Counted from the first letter of the stretch, positions 42,785 through 53,220 are shown. The stretch: DNA of 64,000 nucleotides from Phycisphaerales bacterium (GCA_018644725.1 JABGPZ010000069.1:84238-148237), one strand, 5' to 3'. The notes: generated from the letters alone by a model not told the origin. Numbers and translations are program-made.

Positions 42785-44167
42785 TTACAGTCCCTTGGCG
42801 ATTTCGGCGATGAGGCGCGCGGAAAATTCGATGCCGCCGTAGAATTGGCTGAGTTTGAATTTCTCGTTGGGCGAGTGGATGTTGTCTTCGTGTAGGCCGA
42901 CGCCAGCGAGGATCGCATCGAGGCCGAGGATGTCCTGGAAGTGTTTCGTGATCGGGATCGACGCCCCCGCGCGAATCGTGAGAGCTTCGGCCCCGAAGGC
43001 CGCCAACATGGCCGCTTTGACCGCGTCAATGGCGGGCGAACTGACCGGGAATTCCACCGCGCCGACGCCCGCTTTGGGTTCGACGGTCATCGTGATGCCT
43101 TCGGGCGTGTTCGCTTCGATGTGACGCACGATACAGTCCAGCACGTGCTGTGGGTCTTGGCGCGGAACGAGGCGGCAGGAAATTTTCACTGATGCGGTGG
43201 ATGGGATGATCGTTTTTTGTCCCGGGCCTTGATAGCCGCCGGTGATGCCGTTGCAGTCGAGTGTCGGCCGGGCCCAGTTGCGAACCAGTGCGGGCAGGTG
43301 ACGTTCGCCGCCGCCGAGAGCGGGTGCGCCCAGTTCTGCCGCGTGGGCCGCTTCGTCATAGTTCAGCGAGTTCCACACCGCAAGCTCTTCGTCGGTGGGA
43401 TCGAGGATATTGTCGTTGAATCCGTCGATGGCGATTCGTCCCGTTTCGTCGTGCAAGGACGCGATGATGCGGCAGAGCGCGTTGATCGGGTTGGCGACCA
43501 TGCCGCCCTCGGAGCCGGAATGAAGGTCGCGGTCCGGTCCGGTGGCGGTGACTTCGACAGCCGCGAGTCCGCGCAGGGCGGTGGTGATCGACGGTTGGCC
43601 CTCGGCGAAAAATGCCGTGTCAGACACGACCAGTACGTCGGCGGCGAGTTTGTCTTTGTGAAGTTCGAGTAGCTCGGGCATGTGGTTCGAGCCGATTTCC
43701 TCTTCGCCCTCGATGAAGAGCTTGAGGTTGATGCCCATGGGTGTGTCGGTTTTGAGATAGGCGCAGGCGGCCGAGACGTGGGTGAACAATTGCCCCTTGT
43801 CATCGTCGGCTCCGCGGGCGAAAATCCACCCGTCGCGCACTTCGGGCTCGAACGGCGCGCTGTCCCACAGCTCGAGTGGGTCGGCCGGCTGGACGTCATA
43901 GTGGCCATAGATCAGCAGCGTCGGCAGATCGTCGCCTTCGTGGTGTTCGGCGAAGACGGCCGGCTGGGCCTCGGGCAATTCCAGAAGCTCGGTCGCAAAG
44001 CCCGCCTTGGCGAGGTACTCCGCCAGCCACTGTGCGCAGGGGGTGCAGCCGTCGGGATCGGCGACGTTGGCGATGGAGGGAAACCCAAGCAGCGCAAAGA
44101 GCGATTCGAGCGCGGCGTCGCGGTGGGAGTCAATGTAGGTTTGCACGGCAGTGGGGATCATATTCAT
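42785..44167 (-). CDS. M20-family dipeptidase / peptidase (ArgE/DapE/CPG2 fold)
   Basis: LIYGHYDVQPADP…GADDDKGQ…LFIEGEEEIGS metal-binding blocks. The start is set at MNMIPTAVQ (44167). The 90-aa upstream extension in the ORF track (MVSWTSNPMVSWTSNP…) is the antisense of the neighbouring repeat gene. Confidence 0.75.
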   Translation of the reverse strand: MNMIPTAVQTYIDSHRDAALESLFALLGFPSIANVADPDGCTPCAQWLAEYLAKAGFATELLELPEAQPAVFAEHHEGDDLPTLLIYGHYDVQPADPLELWDSAPFEPEVRDGWIFARGADDDKGQLFTHVSAACAYLKTDTPMGINLKLFIEGEEEIGSNHMPELLELHKDKLAADVLVVSDTAFFAEGQPSITTALRGLAAVEVTATGPDRDLHSGSEGGMVANPINALCRIIASLHDETGRIAIDGFNDNILDPTDEELAVWNSLNYDEAAHAAELGAPALGGGERHLPALVRNWARPTLDCNGITGGYQGPGQKTIIPSTASVKISCRLVPRQDPQHVLDCIVRHIEANTPEGITMTVEPKAGVGAVEFPVSSPAIDAVKAAMLAAFGAEALTIRAGASIPITKHFQDILGLDAILAGVGLHEDNIHSPNEKFKLSQFYGGIEFSARLIAEIAKGL

Positions 44168-44291
44168 ATTCCAGAAAGAGAAATGCGTTTCACTCCATAT
44201 AGCATAGGGAATGAGGAAAGCAGACGAAAGGCCAAAAAAAGAACGCGACGAAGAATACTCTTTGCCGCGTTCTTGGAAGTGCAGGGTTTGC

Positions 44292-44690
44292 TTAGCCGGG
44301 GAGCAATAATCCGTCGTCGTCACCGGTCTCCGCAGGATCTTCGAGCTCGGGTTCTGGATCGAGATCGGGTTCGAGATTCGCCTCCTCACCGGGTTCGAGG
44401 TCCAACTCACCATCGGATTCGAGGTCCAGCTCACCATCGGATTCGGGCATATCCAGAGTATCGGGTGTGTCCGGCGTGTCGGGTGTATCCGAAGTCTCGG
44501 GAGTATCGGAGGTTTCCTTTTCGCCGAACGTTGAGGTCGCGAGATAGGTGTTTTTTACGGCTGCGGGTTCTGCGTCATACATGGACGTGGGCGCGGGGTC
44601 GATTGTAGGGGTGTCGGTGTCGCGCTCAGGGCGGGAGCAACCCACCGTAACCACGGCCGAGAGAATCAGCAGGAAGGACATGAATTTCAT
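44292..44690 (-). CDS. Small acidic repeat lipoprotein (low-complexity D/E/T/P-rich tail)
   Basis: Lipobox MKFMSFLLILSAVVTVGC with AAGGAG RBS. Tail has TSDTPETSDTPDTPDTPDT and two SDGELDLE repeats, then EPDLDPEPELEDPAETGDDDG. Confidence 0.45.
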   Translation of the reverse strand: MKFMSFLLILSAVVTVGCSRPERDTDTPTIDPAPTSMYDAEPAAVKNTYLATSTFGEKETSDTPETSDTPDTPDTPDTLDMPESDGELDLESDGELDLEPGEEANLEPDLDPEPELEDPAETGDDDGLLLPG

Positions 44691-44774
44691 TCTTGATCTC
44701 CTTGAAGGGGAATGGTATATGCAGGATTCCATTATCGGCGAACGGTCACAAAAATCAAGCTTGAAACGCGGAAC

Positions 44775-45548
44775 TTACGAAAACAACGAACCGAATCGTT
44801 TTAACTCGCCGTGATCGGTGTTGTCGATGGTGATAGGTGTGATGGTAATGTGGCCATTTCGGAGCCATTCGACGTCGGTGTCGGACGAGGGGGAATCAAA
44901 TTCGAACTTGTCACCGATGTGGAAACGATGGCCGAGGTCGTCGGATTGTTCTTCGCGATAGGTGTCCTGCACGCGGGCCTGGGATTGGCGGCAGACGCGC
45001 GGGGCCTTGGGCGCGGGGTGGCGTTGCTGGTTGGGCAGGTTGATGTTGATCAGCTCGCCGGGGGCGATGCCCGCGTCGAGCAACGTCGCCAGCAGGGTCG
45101 TGAACGGTTCGATGGCGACGTTCATGTCCGGCTGAAATTCTTTGTCGAAGGGCGTGGCGACGCTGAAGGCGACGGCGGGGACGTTGTACATGGCCGCTTC
45201 GGCGGCGGCACCGACCGTGCCGGAATAGTGGATGTTCATCCCGACGTTTGCGCCAGCGTTGATGCCCGAGAGCACCAGGTCTGGCGGCGCGTCGAGCAGG
45301 TTCCGCATCGAAAGGCGGACGCAGTCGGCGGGGTGGCCTTCGAGGCCAATCGCACGGACGGCGGGGAAGGCGTCGAAGCAGAATTTGTGCGCGACGAGCG
45401 GCTGGGTAAGCGTGATGGCGTGGCTTTGGGCGGATTGGTGGGTGTGGGGCGCGACGACGGTGACCTCGCCAAATTGCGTCGCGACCGCGAGCAGGGCTTC
45501 GAGCCCGGCCGCTTCGATGCCATCGTCATTGGTGAGGAGGATCCGCAT
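44775..45548 (-). CDS. surE: 5'/3'-nucleotidase SurE
   Basis: MRILLTNDDGIEAAGLEAL… and the GINAGANVG signature block. Confidence 0.85.
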   Translation of the reverse strand: MRILLTNDDGIEAAGLEALLAVATQFGEVTVVAPHTHQSAQSHAITLTQPLVAHKFCFDAFPAVRAIGLEGHPADCVRLSMRNLLDAPPDLVLSGINAGANVGMNIHYSGTVGAAAEAAMYNVPAVAFSVATPFDKEFQPDMNVAIEPFTTLLATLLDAGIAPGELININLPNQQRHPAPKAPRVCRQSQARVQDTYREEQSDDLGHRFHIGDKFEFDSPSSDTDVEWLRNGHITITPITIDNTDHGELKRFGSLFS

Positions 45549-45552
45549 TGGC

Positions 45553-46410
45553 TTACTTTTTCCCGTGGCGCTGGAAGGCCTTGTCAAAATCGTCGTTGTC
45601 GACCGGTCCGCCCGAGGGCGCTTTGCAGCGCGTCAGCAGCAGCTGGCAGGACTTGGCATTGCCGGAGTCGGTATCGACGGTGACTTTCAGGGCGTACATG
45701 CGCGGGTCGGTGAGTGCGACGTCGAACTTCTGCGGCAGTTGCGTGACCATGTGTTTGACGACGCGGTCTTTGCGGCGTCCTAGGACCGAGTCGTAGGGTC
45801 CGGTCATGCCCACGTCGCAGATGAACGCGGTGCCGCAGGGCAGCACGCGCGAGTCGGCTGTGGGAACGTGGGTGTGCGTGCCGAATACGACGGATACTTT
45901 TCCGTCCGCGTGCCAGCCCATTGCGATTTTCTCGCTGGTGGTCTCGGCGTGGAAGTCGACGATGGAGATGTCGGCGTGCTCGGCTTCGGCGGCAAACTTG
46001 TCGAGCGCTTCCCACGGATTGTCGGCGTGGGTGTGCATGTTGTATTGCCCGAGGATCGAGCAGACCGCGACGGTGGCCTTGCCGGATTTGGTCTTGACCA
46101 GGCAGGTTCCGTGGCCGACGGCCCGGTTGGGGAAATTGACCGGCCGAAGGATGATCTCTTCGTCGTCTAGGGTTTCGTGGATGTCCTTCTTGCGGAAGGA
46201 GTGATCGCCGAGGGTGACCACGTCGACGCCCCAGTCGATGAGCTTCTTGACGATCTGCGGCGTGATGCCGCTGCCGCCTGCGGCATTTTCGGCGTTGCAG
46301 ACCACGAAGTCGATGTTGTGGTCGGTAATCAGCGCGGGGAGGGTTTGTTGGATGACGGCGCGGCCGGCGCGGCCGACGACATCGCCGATGCAGAGGATAT
46401 TGAGTTCCAT
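45553..46410 (-). CDS. ymdB: YmdB-like metallophosphoesterase (TIGR00282; 2',3'-cNMP phosphodiesterase family)
   Basis: MELNILCIGDVVGRAGR…NAENAAGGSGIT…GDHSF…GTHTHVPTAD. Stop is 4 nt from the surE start, forming a ymdB-surE operon. Confidence 0.8.
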   Translation of the reverse strand: MELNILCIGDVVGRAGRAVIQQTLPALITDHNIDFVVCNAENAAGGSGITPQIVKKLIDWGVDVVTLGDHSFRKKDIHETLDDEEIILRPVNFPNRAVGHGTCLVKTKSGKATVAVCSILGQYNMHTHADNPWEALDKFAAEAEHADISIVDFHAETTSEKIAMGWHADGKVSVVFGTHTHVPTADSRVLPCGTAFICDVGMTGPYDSVLGRRKDRVVKHMVTQLPQKFDVALTDPRMYALKVTVDTDSGNAKSCQLLLTRCKAPSGGPVDNDDFDKAFQRHGKK

Positions 46411-46608
46411 TAGTTCACTTTCCAGCCGGGTTGCGGCAAAGAGGAGCACAGATTATAGAGGCCCGGCGAGGGGGTTGAAAGAAAAATGTTTCCTTGCATG
46501 TGAAAACTCCACCGAGTAAAGTGATTCGTTGATGAAATATCCAATTCAGGAAAGCGTTACCCACATAGAATAAACCGATCTTTCCCCCTCGAAACAAGGA
46601 GATATCAG

Positions 46609-48042
46609 ATGAATCAAATTACCCGTCGTGGCTTTGTCAAAGCTACCGCTGTTGCGTCCGTCGCTGTCGGCGCACCGTCGATCCTCTCGGCCCAGAATGC
46701 CGGCAACAAACTGCACATTGCCTATGTGGGCGTGGGCGGCAAGGGCGCCACGGACCTAGGCGCGACCAGCTCCCACAAGAAGACCGTTACCGTCGCCCTG
46801 TGTGACACCGACAAGAATATCCTCAATGGTCAGCTCCGCAGTAAAACCAAGGCCGGCAAGAAAAACTTCACCCAGGCCAAAGGGTTCACGGACTGGCGCG
46901 AAATGCTCGACAAGCTCGGCAATAAAATTGATGCTGTGGTGTGTTCCACGCCCGACCACATGCACGCTCCGGTGTGCGTGTCGGCGATGAATCTTGGCAA
47001 GCACATTTACTGCCAAAAACCGCTCACCTGGAGCGTCTACGAATCGCGCCGCATGGCGGAGATCAGCAAGGACAAAGGTGTCATCACCCAGATGGGCACG
47101 CAGAACGCATCGAAGCAGGGCAAACAGCTCGGCGTGGAATTGCTCAAGGCGAACGTCCTTGGCAAGGTCAAGAAGATTTATGCCTGGAGCGATCGTCCAA
47201 TCTGGCCTCAGGGCGGTCCGAACAATTTCGGCAGTGATCCGGTTCCGGCGAATCTCGACTGGGACAAGTGGCTGGGCGTTGCACCCAAGCGAGCTTACAA
47301 AGACAAATACCCCAAGAAGTGGCTCAATAGGCACTGGAAGAACAAGCGCGTTGGCCGCGGAAGTGTGTATCACTCGTTCGGTTGGCGCGGCTGGTATGAC
47401 TTTGGCTGTGGCGCGGTGGGCGACATGTGCTGCCACATTGTGGACACGGCGTTTTATGCCTATGGCCTGACGCACCCGTTGACGATTATTGCAGAGCCCA
47501 ATGGCGTTTCGGCCGATGGGGAAATGTGCCCGGCCTCGCAGACGATCCACTTTACCTTCGCTGGCAATAAGCACACCGTCGGCGACACGCTGCCGATTAC
47601 CTGGATGGACGGCGGACTCAAGCCGAGCTGGGAAGCGATCGGCTTTCCCGAAAGCAAAGTAGCCGTCCCGCAGAACTGGATGGCAGTGGTCTGCGAAAAT
47701 GGTACCTTCATGCTGGAAATGGGCGGCGGGATGAAGTTCAGCACCGCCGAGGCCAAGGCCAAGGCTCGTACGTTCATCAAGACCCAGACCCAGATTAAAT
47801 CCCAAAGCCACTACCACTCTTGGGTGGATGGCTGCTTCGCGGGCAAGAAGGTCATCGCCGATTTTGAATTCGGCGGCAACCTCACCGAGACGCTCTTGCT
47901 GGGGACGCTGGCAAGCAAGTTCCCCAAGATGGAACTCAAGTGGGACCCCAAGGCGATGAAGATCACCAACAGCGCCAAAGCGACCGGCATGCTGCGCCGC
48001 AAGCCGCGTAAGGGCTGGGAAGTCAAAGGGCTCGACGACTAA
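46609..48042 (+). CDS. Gfo/Idh/MocA-family NAD(P)-dependent oxidoreductase with TAT signal
   Basis: TRRGFVKATAVASVAVGAPSILSA twin-arginine signal, then the Rossmann stretch HIAYVGVGGKGATD. Confidence 0.8.
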   Translation: MNQITRRGFVKATAVASVAVGAPSILSAQNAGNKLHIAYVGVGGKGATDLGATSSHKKTVTVALCDTDKNILNGQLRSKTKAGKKNFTQAKGFTDWREMLDKLGNKIDAVVCSTPDHMHAPVCVSAMNLGKHIYCQKPLTWSVYESRRMAEISKDKGVITQMGTQNASKQGKQLGVELLKANVLGKVKKIYAWSDRPIWPQGGPNNFGSDPVPANLDWDKWLGVAPKRAYKDKYPKKWLNRHWKNKRVGRGSVYHSFGWRGWYDFGCGAVGDMCCHIVDTAFYAYGLTHPLTIIAEPNGVSADGEMCPASQTIHFTFAGNKHTVGDTLPITWMDGGLKPSWEAIGFPESKVAVPQNWMAVVCENGTFMLEMGGGMKFSTAEAKAKARTFIKTQTQIKSQSHYHSWVDGCFAGKKVIADFEFGGNLTETLLLGTLASKFPKMELKWDPKAMKITNSAKATGMLRRKPRKGWEVKGLDD

Positions 48043-48101
48043 CGAGCGATCAGAAAAACAAACACACCCGTTGGAGCGATCCAGCGGGTGTTTTTTTGTG
48101 G

Positions 48102-49502
48102 CTATTGTTTCCCGTGATAGCGTTTTACAGCGCGGAATTTCGGTTTCGCGTGGGCAGTGAACTTTGGATCGGTGACGGGGGAGTGGCAGGTGGTGCATAC
48201 GGCGGTGGCCGGTTTGGCGAGGGCCGGGTTGGCCTTGAACAAGAGGTCCGCCTTGGTTTTGCTGGCGTGTTCGTCGACGCCCATGCGATGGCAACTCTGG
48301 CAGTGGACGCCGCCGAGGGCAGGCGTTGTTTCGTGGGTATAGAACCCGCCCTCGAGCCCGAAGCCCAGGCTGTGGCACGAGACGCAGTTCGGGTCGCCGG
48401 TGCGTTTGGCGGTTTGCAGCGTTTTGTAGGCACGCGCGTGACGCGAGGTCGCCCAGCCGGCGTATTCCTGTTTGTGGCATCGCCCGCAGGCGCTGGAGGG
48501 GACGAGTTCGAAGCTCGCGGTGTTGCGTTCGGCATCGAGCGCGGAACGCATGGCATCGCGGGCGTAGGCCTGGTAGATGTCGAGCATGCGCTTGTCGAGT
48601 GGCCACTCGTCGTTGACGAGTTCGGCGCGATAGTCCAGCGCGGTGATGCGGCCTGCGGGGTCGGTGGTGATGGCCACCGCACCGACGGCATCGCTGTTGG
48701 ATGCGTGAATCAGCCAGGCGTTTTGGACGCGGGTGGCGGCGGATTTGAAGTGGACCGAGTGTCCGCGGAGATAGAGGTCGGCGCCGAGGGTGTTTGCGGC
48801 GGCCAGGGTGTCGTCGCCGTCGGCGTGAACCGCGACGAGGACGGTATAGCCGGCGGCTTTGCGTTGGGCGATGTGGGTTTTCAGCGCGGCGTGGGCGGTG
48901 AAGCGAAGTTGTGCGAGGCGCGATTTGTCCATGAAGAGTACGCTGTCGCGCTGGAGGTCGGAGAGGACGCAGAGTTTTTTTCCGCTGGGGAGGGTCCGTA
49001 GGAGTTCGCTCGCCAGGGGAAGGGTTTTTCCGGTGGGGGTGATCGATGCCGTCGTCGTCGAAAGCCACGTGGTTTTCCCCGCTGGCATGGCCTTGCGGAG
49101 GGTCGCGTCGCTGGCGGCCCATTCCTGATCGCCGAGGACCACCGCGTCATAGCCCATCAGGCGGTAGGCCTGCATAAGATAGAGGTTGCACAAATCGCTC
49201 GGCTCGGCCCAGAACGAATCGCCGACGCTTACCAGCAGCGCGCCCGGAAACGCGGTGCGATAACTCAGCACCAGTCCGCTGCGCCGCGCCTGACCGCCGG
49301 GCATGGGCCCTTGGCAGTTGCACACTTCCAGCCGGCCATTCGTGCCGCCCGTGACCAGAATCACTGCGTCGGGATTGGCGATGGCGAAGGGGGCCACGGC
49401 GACGGGCGTCGGTGGGTTCGAGTCCGAGCGGCCGTGATGGGACCCAATTTCGCACCCCAAAACTGCCACGAATCCAGCCAAGATGAAAACAAATCGCATC
49501 AT
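48102..49502 (-). CDS. Secreted multiheme (4x CxxCH) c-type cytochrome with large N-terminal domain of uncertain fold
   Basis: CGRCH, CVSCH, CQSCH and CTTCH motifs in the C-terminal ~130 aa. N-terminal signal peptide. The N-terminal ~330 aa weakly resembles the metallophosphoesterase/5'-nucleotidase fold but lacks clear metal ligands. Confidence 0.6.
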   Translation of the reverse strand: MMRFVFILAGFVAVLGCEIGSHHGRSDSNPPTPVAVAPFAIANPDAVILVTGGTNGRLEVCNCQGPMPGGQARRSGLVLSYRTAFPGALLVSVGDSFWAEPSDLCNLYLMQAYRLMGYDAVVLGDQEWAASDATLRKAMPAGKTTWLSTTTASITPTGKTLPLASELLRTLPSGKKLCVLSDLQRDSVLFMDKSRLAQLRFTAHAALKTHIAQRKAAGYTVLVAVHADGDDTLAAANTLGADLYLRGHSVHFKSAATRVQNAWLIHASNSDAVGAVAITTDPAGRITALDYRAELVNDEWPLDKRMLDIYQAYARDAMRSALDAERNTASFELVPSSACGRCHKQEYAGWATSRHARAYKTLQTAKRTGDPNCVSCHSLGFGLEGGFYTHETTPALGGVHCQSCHRMGVDEHASKTKADLLFKANPALAKPATAVCTTCHSPVTDPKFTAHAKPKFRAVKRYHGKQ

Positions 49503-49594
49503 GTGCGAATTGTAATTGTTTTCCCCCCATCAGAGCAATACAATACCTTCAGAATTGGACAAACCGTCCGAATAGTCTGAAAGGAACGATTTTC

Positions 49595-50050
49595 ATGATT
49601 TATGACACGATTGATCACGCCGCGCTCTATGCCCCGATTTGCGACGCGCTGAAGACGATTCTGGATTTTGCCGCAGGGGTGACGGCTTCGACCGAAACCG
49701 GCAAGCATGAACTGGGTGACGGCCTGTTTGCGATGGTCGGACGCTATGCCACCGAGCCGGCGGAGGAGCGGTTGTTCGAGTCGCACCGGAAGTACATCGA
49801 CGTGCAGATTGTTGTCGAAGGGCGCGAGCGCCTCGACGTTGCGCCGCTGGCGGTGGCGGTGGAGAATGATCCGTATGATGCCGAGAGCGATTGTGCGTTC
49901 TATCACGCCCCGGCCGAGTTTACCACCCAGGTCGCACTTCAAGAGGGCGCGTTCATCGTGCTATATCCCCACGATGCGCACAAACCCAACTGCACCCTCG
50001 AGGAAATCGAAAACATCACTAAAGTCGTCGGAAAAATCCCGGTGGAATAA
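49595..50050 (+). CDS. YhcH/YjgK/YiaL (DUF386) family beta-sandwich protein
   Basis: HRKYIDVQIVVEGRE and PHDAHKPNC align to E. coli YhcH HEQYIDIQLLLNGEE / PGEPHKPGC. Confidence 0.7.
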   Translation: MIYDTIDHAALYAPICDALKTILDFAAGVTASTETGKHELGDGLFAMVGRYATEPAEERLFESHRKYIDVQIVVEGRERLDVAPLAVAVENDPYDAESDCAFYHAPAEFTTQVALQEGAFIVLYPHDAHKPNCTLEEIENITKVVGKIPVE

Positions 50051-50051
50051 T

Positions 50052-50312
50052 TTATCCCGCCGCTTGGACGAAGATTTTTTCGGCCATGGTTTTTCCGATC
50101 ATCAGCTTCGCGTCGTGCACGCGGACCACGCACGGGCCGTTGGGCTGGCGGGAGACCAGCTCGAACTCGGACCCGACGGTCAATCCCATCTCCGCAAGGC
50201 GGTGACGAAGCCCATTGCCCCCGCGCACTTCTCCCACACGAAGCACTCGGCCTGGCTGGGCGAGGCGCAACGGCATCATGGGAATCTCGGGATGGGGCGG
50301 GGTGCTTGGCAT
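50052..50312 (-). CDS. feoA: FeoA-domain protein (start may be the internal MM at 50279)
   Basis: SH3-like FeoA pattern L.L..G..L.V..V.G…RL.EMGL.VG.E.ELV…GP.VV.V…K..IG…A..I.V. No feoB in the window. Confidence 0.5.
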   Translation of the reverse strand: MPSTPPHPEIPMMPLRLAQPGRVLRVGEVRGGNGLRHRLAEMGLTVGSEFELVSRQPNGPCVVRVHDAKLMIGKTMAEKIFVQAAG

Positions 50313-50476
50313 GTCTGTTGAGACAATATCTTAATAAAGCAATCTCTGCGGGTCAAGTGAAACTTTCTGCCAGCCCTGCAAGACCCGCATCGTATACACG
50401 TTTGTTCTTGTATAAAGGGCTAAAACCCCGTACAATGCTCCCGAAAATTGACACCCTATTCCATGGAGAACTTCAC

Positions 50477-51424
50477 ATGTTTCGCAAAAAAGTCAACGTA
50501 GTAGACTGCACCATTCGCGATGGCGGATTGATGAATGACTCGAATTTCGACCTTGAAACGGTTCGCACCGTGGTGGCGGCCACCTGTGCTGCTGGCATCG
50601 ATTATTGCGAGATCGGCTATCGCAACAGCAAGGATCAGTTCGACCCCAAGCAGTTTGGCAAATGGCGCTTTTGCGACGAGGAAGACCTAGTCGCAGCCAC
50701 CGAAGGTATTGACCTGGGGACCACCAAGATGGGCGTGATGATGGATGCCCACAAGTCCGACAAGAACGACCTGCTGCCCGCCAGCGAGTCGGTGATTGAT
50801 ATGGTTCGCGTGGCGACCTATTGCAAGGACGTTCACAAGGCGATTGATATTGCCCAGCATGCCGACGAGCTTGGCTATGAGACGGCCGTGAATATCATGG
50901 CGATTTCCCACGCCTACATGAACGAGCTTGAGCAGGTTCTCGAATTGCTCGACAAAGAAACCAACTGCAAGGTCGTCAATATCGTCGACAGCTTCGGCGC
51001 ACTCTATCAGGATCAGTTGCACTTTATCATCTCGAAGTTCCAGATGCACCTGGAGACCAAGGCCGTCGGCTGCCACTTCCACAACAACCAGCAGCTGGCG
51101 TTCGCGAACACGATTGAAGCGATCCTCAAGGGTTGCACCTGGGCCGACTCGACGATCTACGGCTTCGGCCGCGCGGCGGGCAACTGCTGCACCGAACTGC
51201 TCCTCGGGTTCCTCAAAGACCCCAACCACGACATCCTTCCGATCCTCGACGTTCTCGGCAGCCACATTGTGCCGCTGAAGAAGTCCATCGAGTGGGGCTA
51301 TCACATCCCCTACATGGTCACTGGCATACTCAATCAGCACCCCACGGCCGCGATGAACTTCATGGGCCTGCCGGAAGACGAAAAGTACGATTACCGCAAG
51401 TTCTACACCATGGCTGACGAATAG
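50477..51424 (+). CDS. DRE-TIM metallolyase (HMGL-like / pyruvate carboxyltransferase-domain) aldolase-type enzyme
   Basis: N-terminal [10 protein letters not shown] (the DxxxRDG metal/substrate motif shared by HMG-CoA lyase, 4-hydroxy-2-oxovalerate aldolase and isopropylmalate synthase). Candidate promoter TTGTAT-17-TACAAT at about 50404-50438. The track start at 50306 is an extension. Confidence 0.6.
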   Translation: MFRKKVNVVDCTIRDGGLMNDSNFDLETVRTVVAATCAAGIDYCEIGYRNSKDQFDPKQFGKWRFCDEEDLVAATEGIDLGTTKMGVMMDAHKSDKNDLLPASESVIDMVRVATYCKDVHKAIDIAQHADELGYETAVNIMAISHAYMNELEQVLELLDKETNCKVVNIVDSFGALYQDQLHFIISKFQMHLETKAVGCHFHNNQQLAFANTIEAILKGCTWADSTIYGFGRAAGNCCTELLLGFLKDPNHDILPILDVLGSHIVPLKKSIEWGYHIPYMVTGILNQHPTAAMNFMGLPEDEKYDYRKFYTMADE

Positions 51425-51432
51425 GGACACAC

Positions 51433-53217
51433 ATGAGCGACGACACGACCCCCGCGGACGAACCCAAACGTAAAGACTTTATCCGCCAGTGGATCGACCG
51501 GGACAACGAATCCGGCCGGTTTGGTGGTGAGGTGCATACGCGGTTTCCGCCCGAGCCCAACGGCTATCTTCACATTGGTCACGCCAAGAGCATTTGTCTG
51601 AACTTTGCCCTCGCGGAAGACTATAGCGGCACGTGCAATCTTCGCTTTGACGACACCAACCCCTGCAAAGAAGAGCAGGAGTATGTTGATTCGATCCAGG
51701 AGGATTTGGCGTGGCTGGGCATGACCCCCACGAAGGTGTGCTATGCGAGTGACTATTTTCAGCAGCTCTACGACTGGGCGATTCAGCTCATCGAACAAGG
51801 CGTAGCGTACGTTGACGAATCGACGCCAGACGCGATCGCCGAAATGCGCGGCGGCGGGCTCGACGAGGGGACCAACAGTCCCTATCGGGATCGACCTGTC
51901 GAAGAAAGCCTCGACCTGTTTGCGCGCATGAAGGCCGGCGAATTTTCCGACGGCAGCATGGTTCTGCGCGCGAAGATCGACATGGCCAGCGCGAACATCA
52001 ATCTGCGCGACCCGATCATGTACCGCGTGCTTCACGCCCACCATCATCGTCAGGGCGACGCGTGGTGCGTCTATCCGATGTACGACTGGGCGCACGGCCT
52101 CGAGGACAGCATCGAGGGGATTACCCACTCGGTCTGCACGCTGGAGTTCGAGAACCACCGCCCGCTGTATGACTGGTTCATCGACCAACTCACCGACATC
52201 AATCATCCCCAGCAAATCGAATTCGCACGGCTGAACCTGACGTACACCGTCATGTCCAAACGCAAGCTGCTGCGGTTGGTTCAAGAGAATCTCGTGACGG
52301 GCTGGGACGATCCGCGGATGCCGACGATTTCTGGCCTGCGCCGACGCGGGTATTCGCCCGAGGCAATCCGGAAATTCTGCAAGACCATCGGCGTGGCGAA
52401 ATTCAATTCCACCATCGACATTCAACTGCTCGATCACTGCCTGCGCGAAGATCTCAACAAGACCTCGCCACGCGTGATGGCGGTGCTTGACCCGCTGAAG
52501 GTGACGATCACCAATTTTTCCGAGGGCGACGTGGATCAGCTCGAAGCGATCAACAATCCCGAGGACGAATCGGCCGGAACGCGGATGGTTCCGTTCACGA
52601 AGGAAATTTATATCGAGCGCGCCGACTTCATGGAAGATGCGCCGAAGAAGTTTTTCCGCCTCAGCCAGGGCCGCGAAGTGCGTCTGCGCTATGCCTACTT
52701 TGTCACTTGCGACGAGGTGCTCAAGGATGACGCAGGCGAAATTGTCGAGCTGAAATGCAGCTACGACCCGGCCACGCGCGGCGGCGATGCCCCCGACGGC
52801 CGGAAGGTCAAAGGGACACTGCATTGGGTCTCGGCGAGCGAATGCCTCGACGCCGAGGTGCGCTTGTATGACCACCTGTTCACGAAGGAAAACCCCGACG
52901 CCACCGAAGAGGGCCAGGATTTTATAGCGAACCTGAACCCCGATTCGCTCAAGACGATTACCGCCAAGGTCGAGCCGTATCTCGCGGCCTCCACGCCCGG
53001 CGACCGTGTTCAGTTTGAGCGCACGGGGTACTTCTGCGTGGATACCGACTCGGCCGCAGATGCGCTGGTGTTCAACCGGACCGTCACGCTGAAGGACAAG
53101 TGGAAGAAGATCCAGAGCAAGCAGGGCGGCCAGCAGAAAAAGAAAAAGAAGCAGGGCGGCCAGCAAAAGAAAAAGCCCCGCCTGGACTATTCCCAGTTCA
53201 AGAACAAAAAGAAGTAG
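51433..53217 (+). CDS. glnS: Glutaminyl-tRNA synthetase with Lys/Gln-rich C-terminal tail
   Basis: HIGH-type [14 protein letters not shown] and VMSKRKL (KMSKS). The GlnRS-specific anticodon-binding β-barrels are present. Tail reads [41 protein letters not shown]. Confidence 0.85.
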   Translation: MSDDTTPADEPKRKDFIRQWIDRDNESGRFGGEVHTRFPPEPNGYLHIGHAKSICLNFALAEDYSGTCNLRFDDTNPCKEEQEYVDSIQEDLAWLGMTPTKVCYASDYFQQLYDWAIQLIEQGVAYVDESTPDAIAEMRGGGLDEGTNSPYRDRPVEESLDLFARMKAGEFSDGSMVLRAKIDMASANINLRDPIMYRVLHAHHHRQGDAWCVYPMYDWAHGLEDSIEGITHSVCTLEFENHRPLYDWFIDQLTDINHPQQIEFARLNLTYTVMSKRKLLRLVQENLVTGWDDPRMPTISGLRRRGYSPEAIRKFCKTIGVAKFNSTIDIQLLDHCLREDLNKTSPRVMAVLDPLKVTITNFSEGDVDQLEAINNPEDESAGTRMVPFTKEIYIERADFMEDAPKKFFRLSQGREVRLRYAYFVTCDEVLKDDAGEIVELKCSYDPATRGGDAPDGRKVKGTLHWVSASECLDAEVRLYDHLFTKENPDATEEGQDFIANLNPDSLKTITAKVEPYLAASTPGDRVQFERTGYFCVDTDSAADALVFNRTVTLKDKWKKIQSKQGGQQKKKKKQGGQQKKKPRLDYSQFKNKKK

Positions 53218-53220
53218 ATC

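Noticed and set aside
46756-49122. 788-aa minus-strand Arg/Pro-rich ORF spanning the Gfo/Idh/MocA and cytochrome genes
   Set aside because: It overlaps two well-supported genes on both strands. The sequence is extreme low-complexity (RRRR/PRP), so it is a GC-rich artefact.
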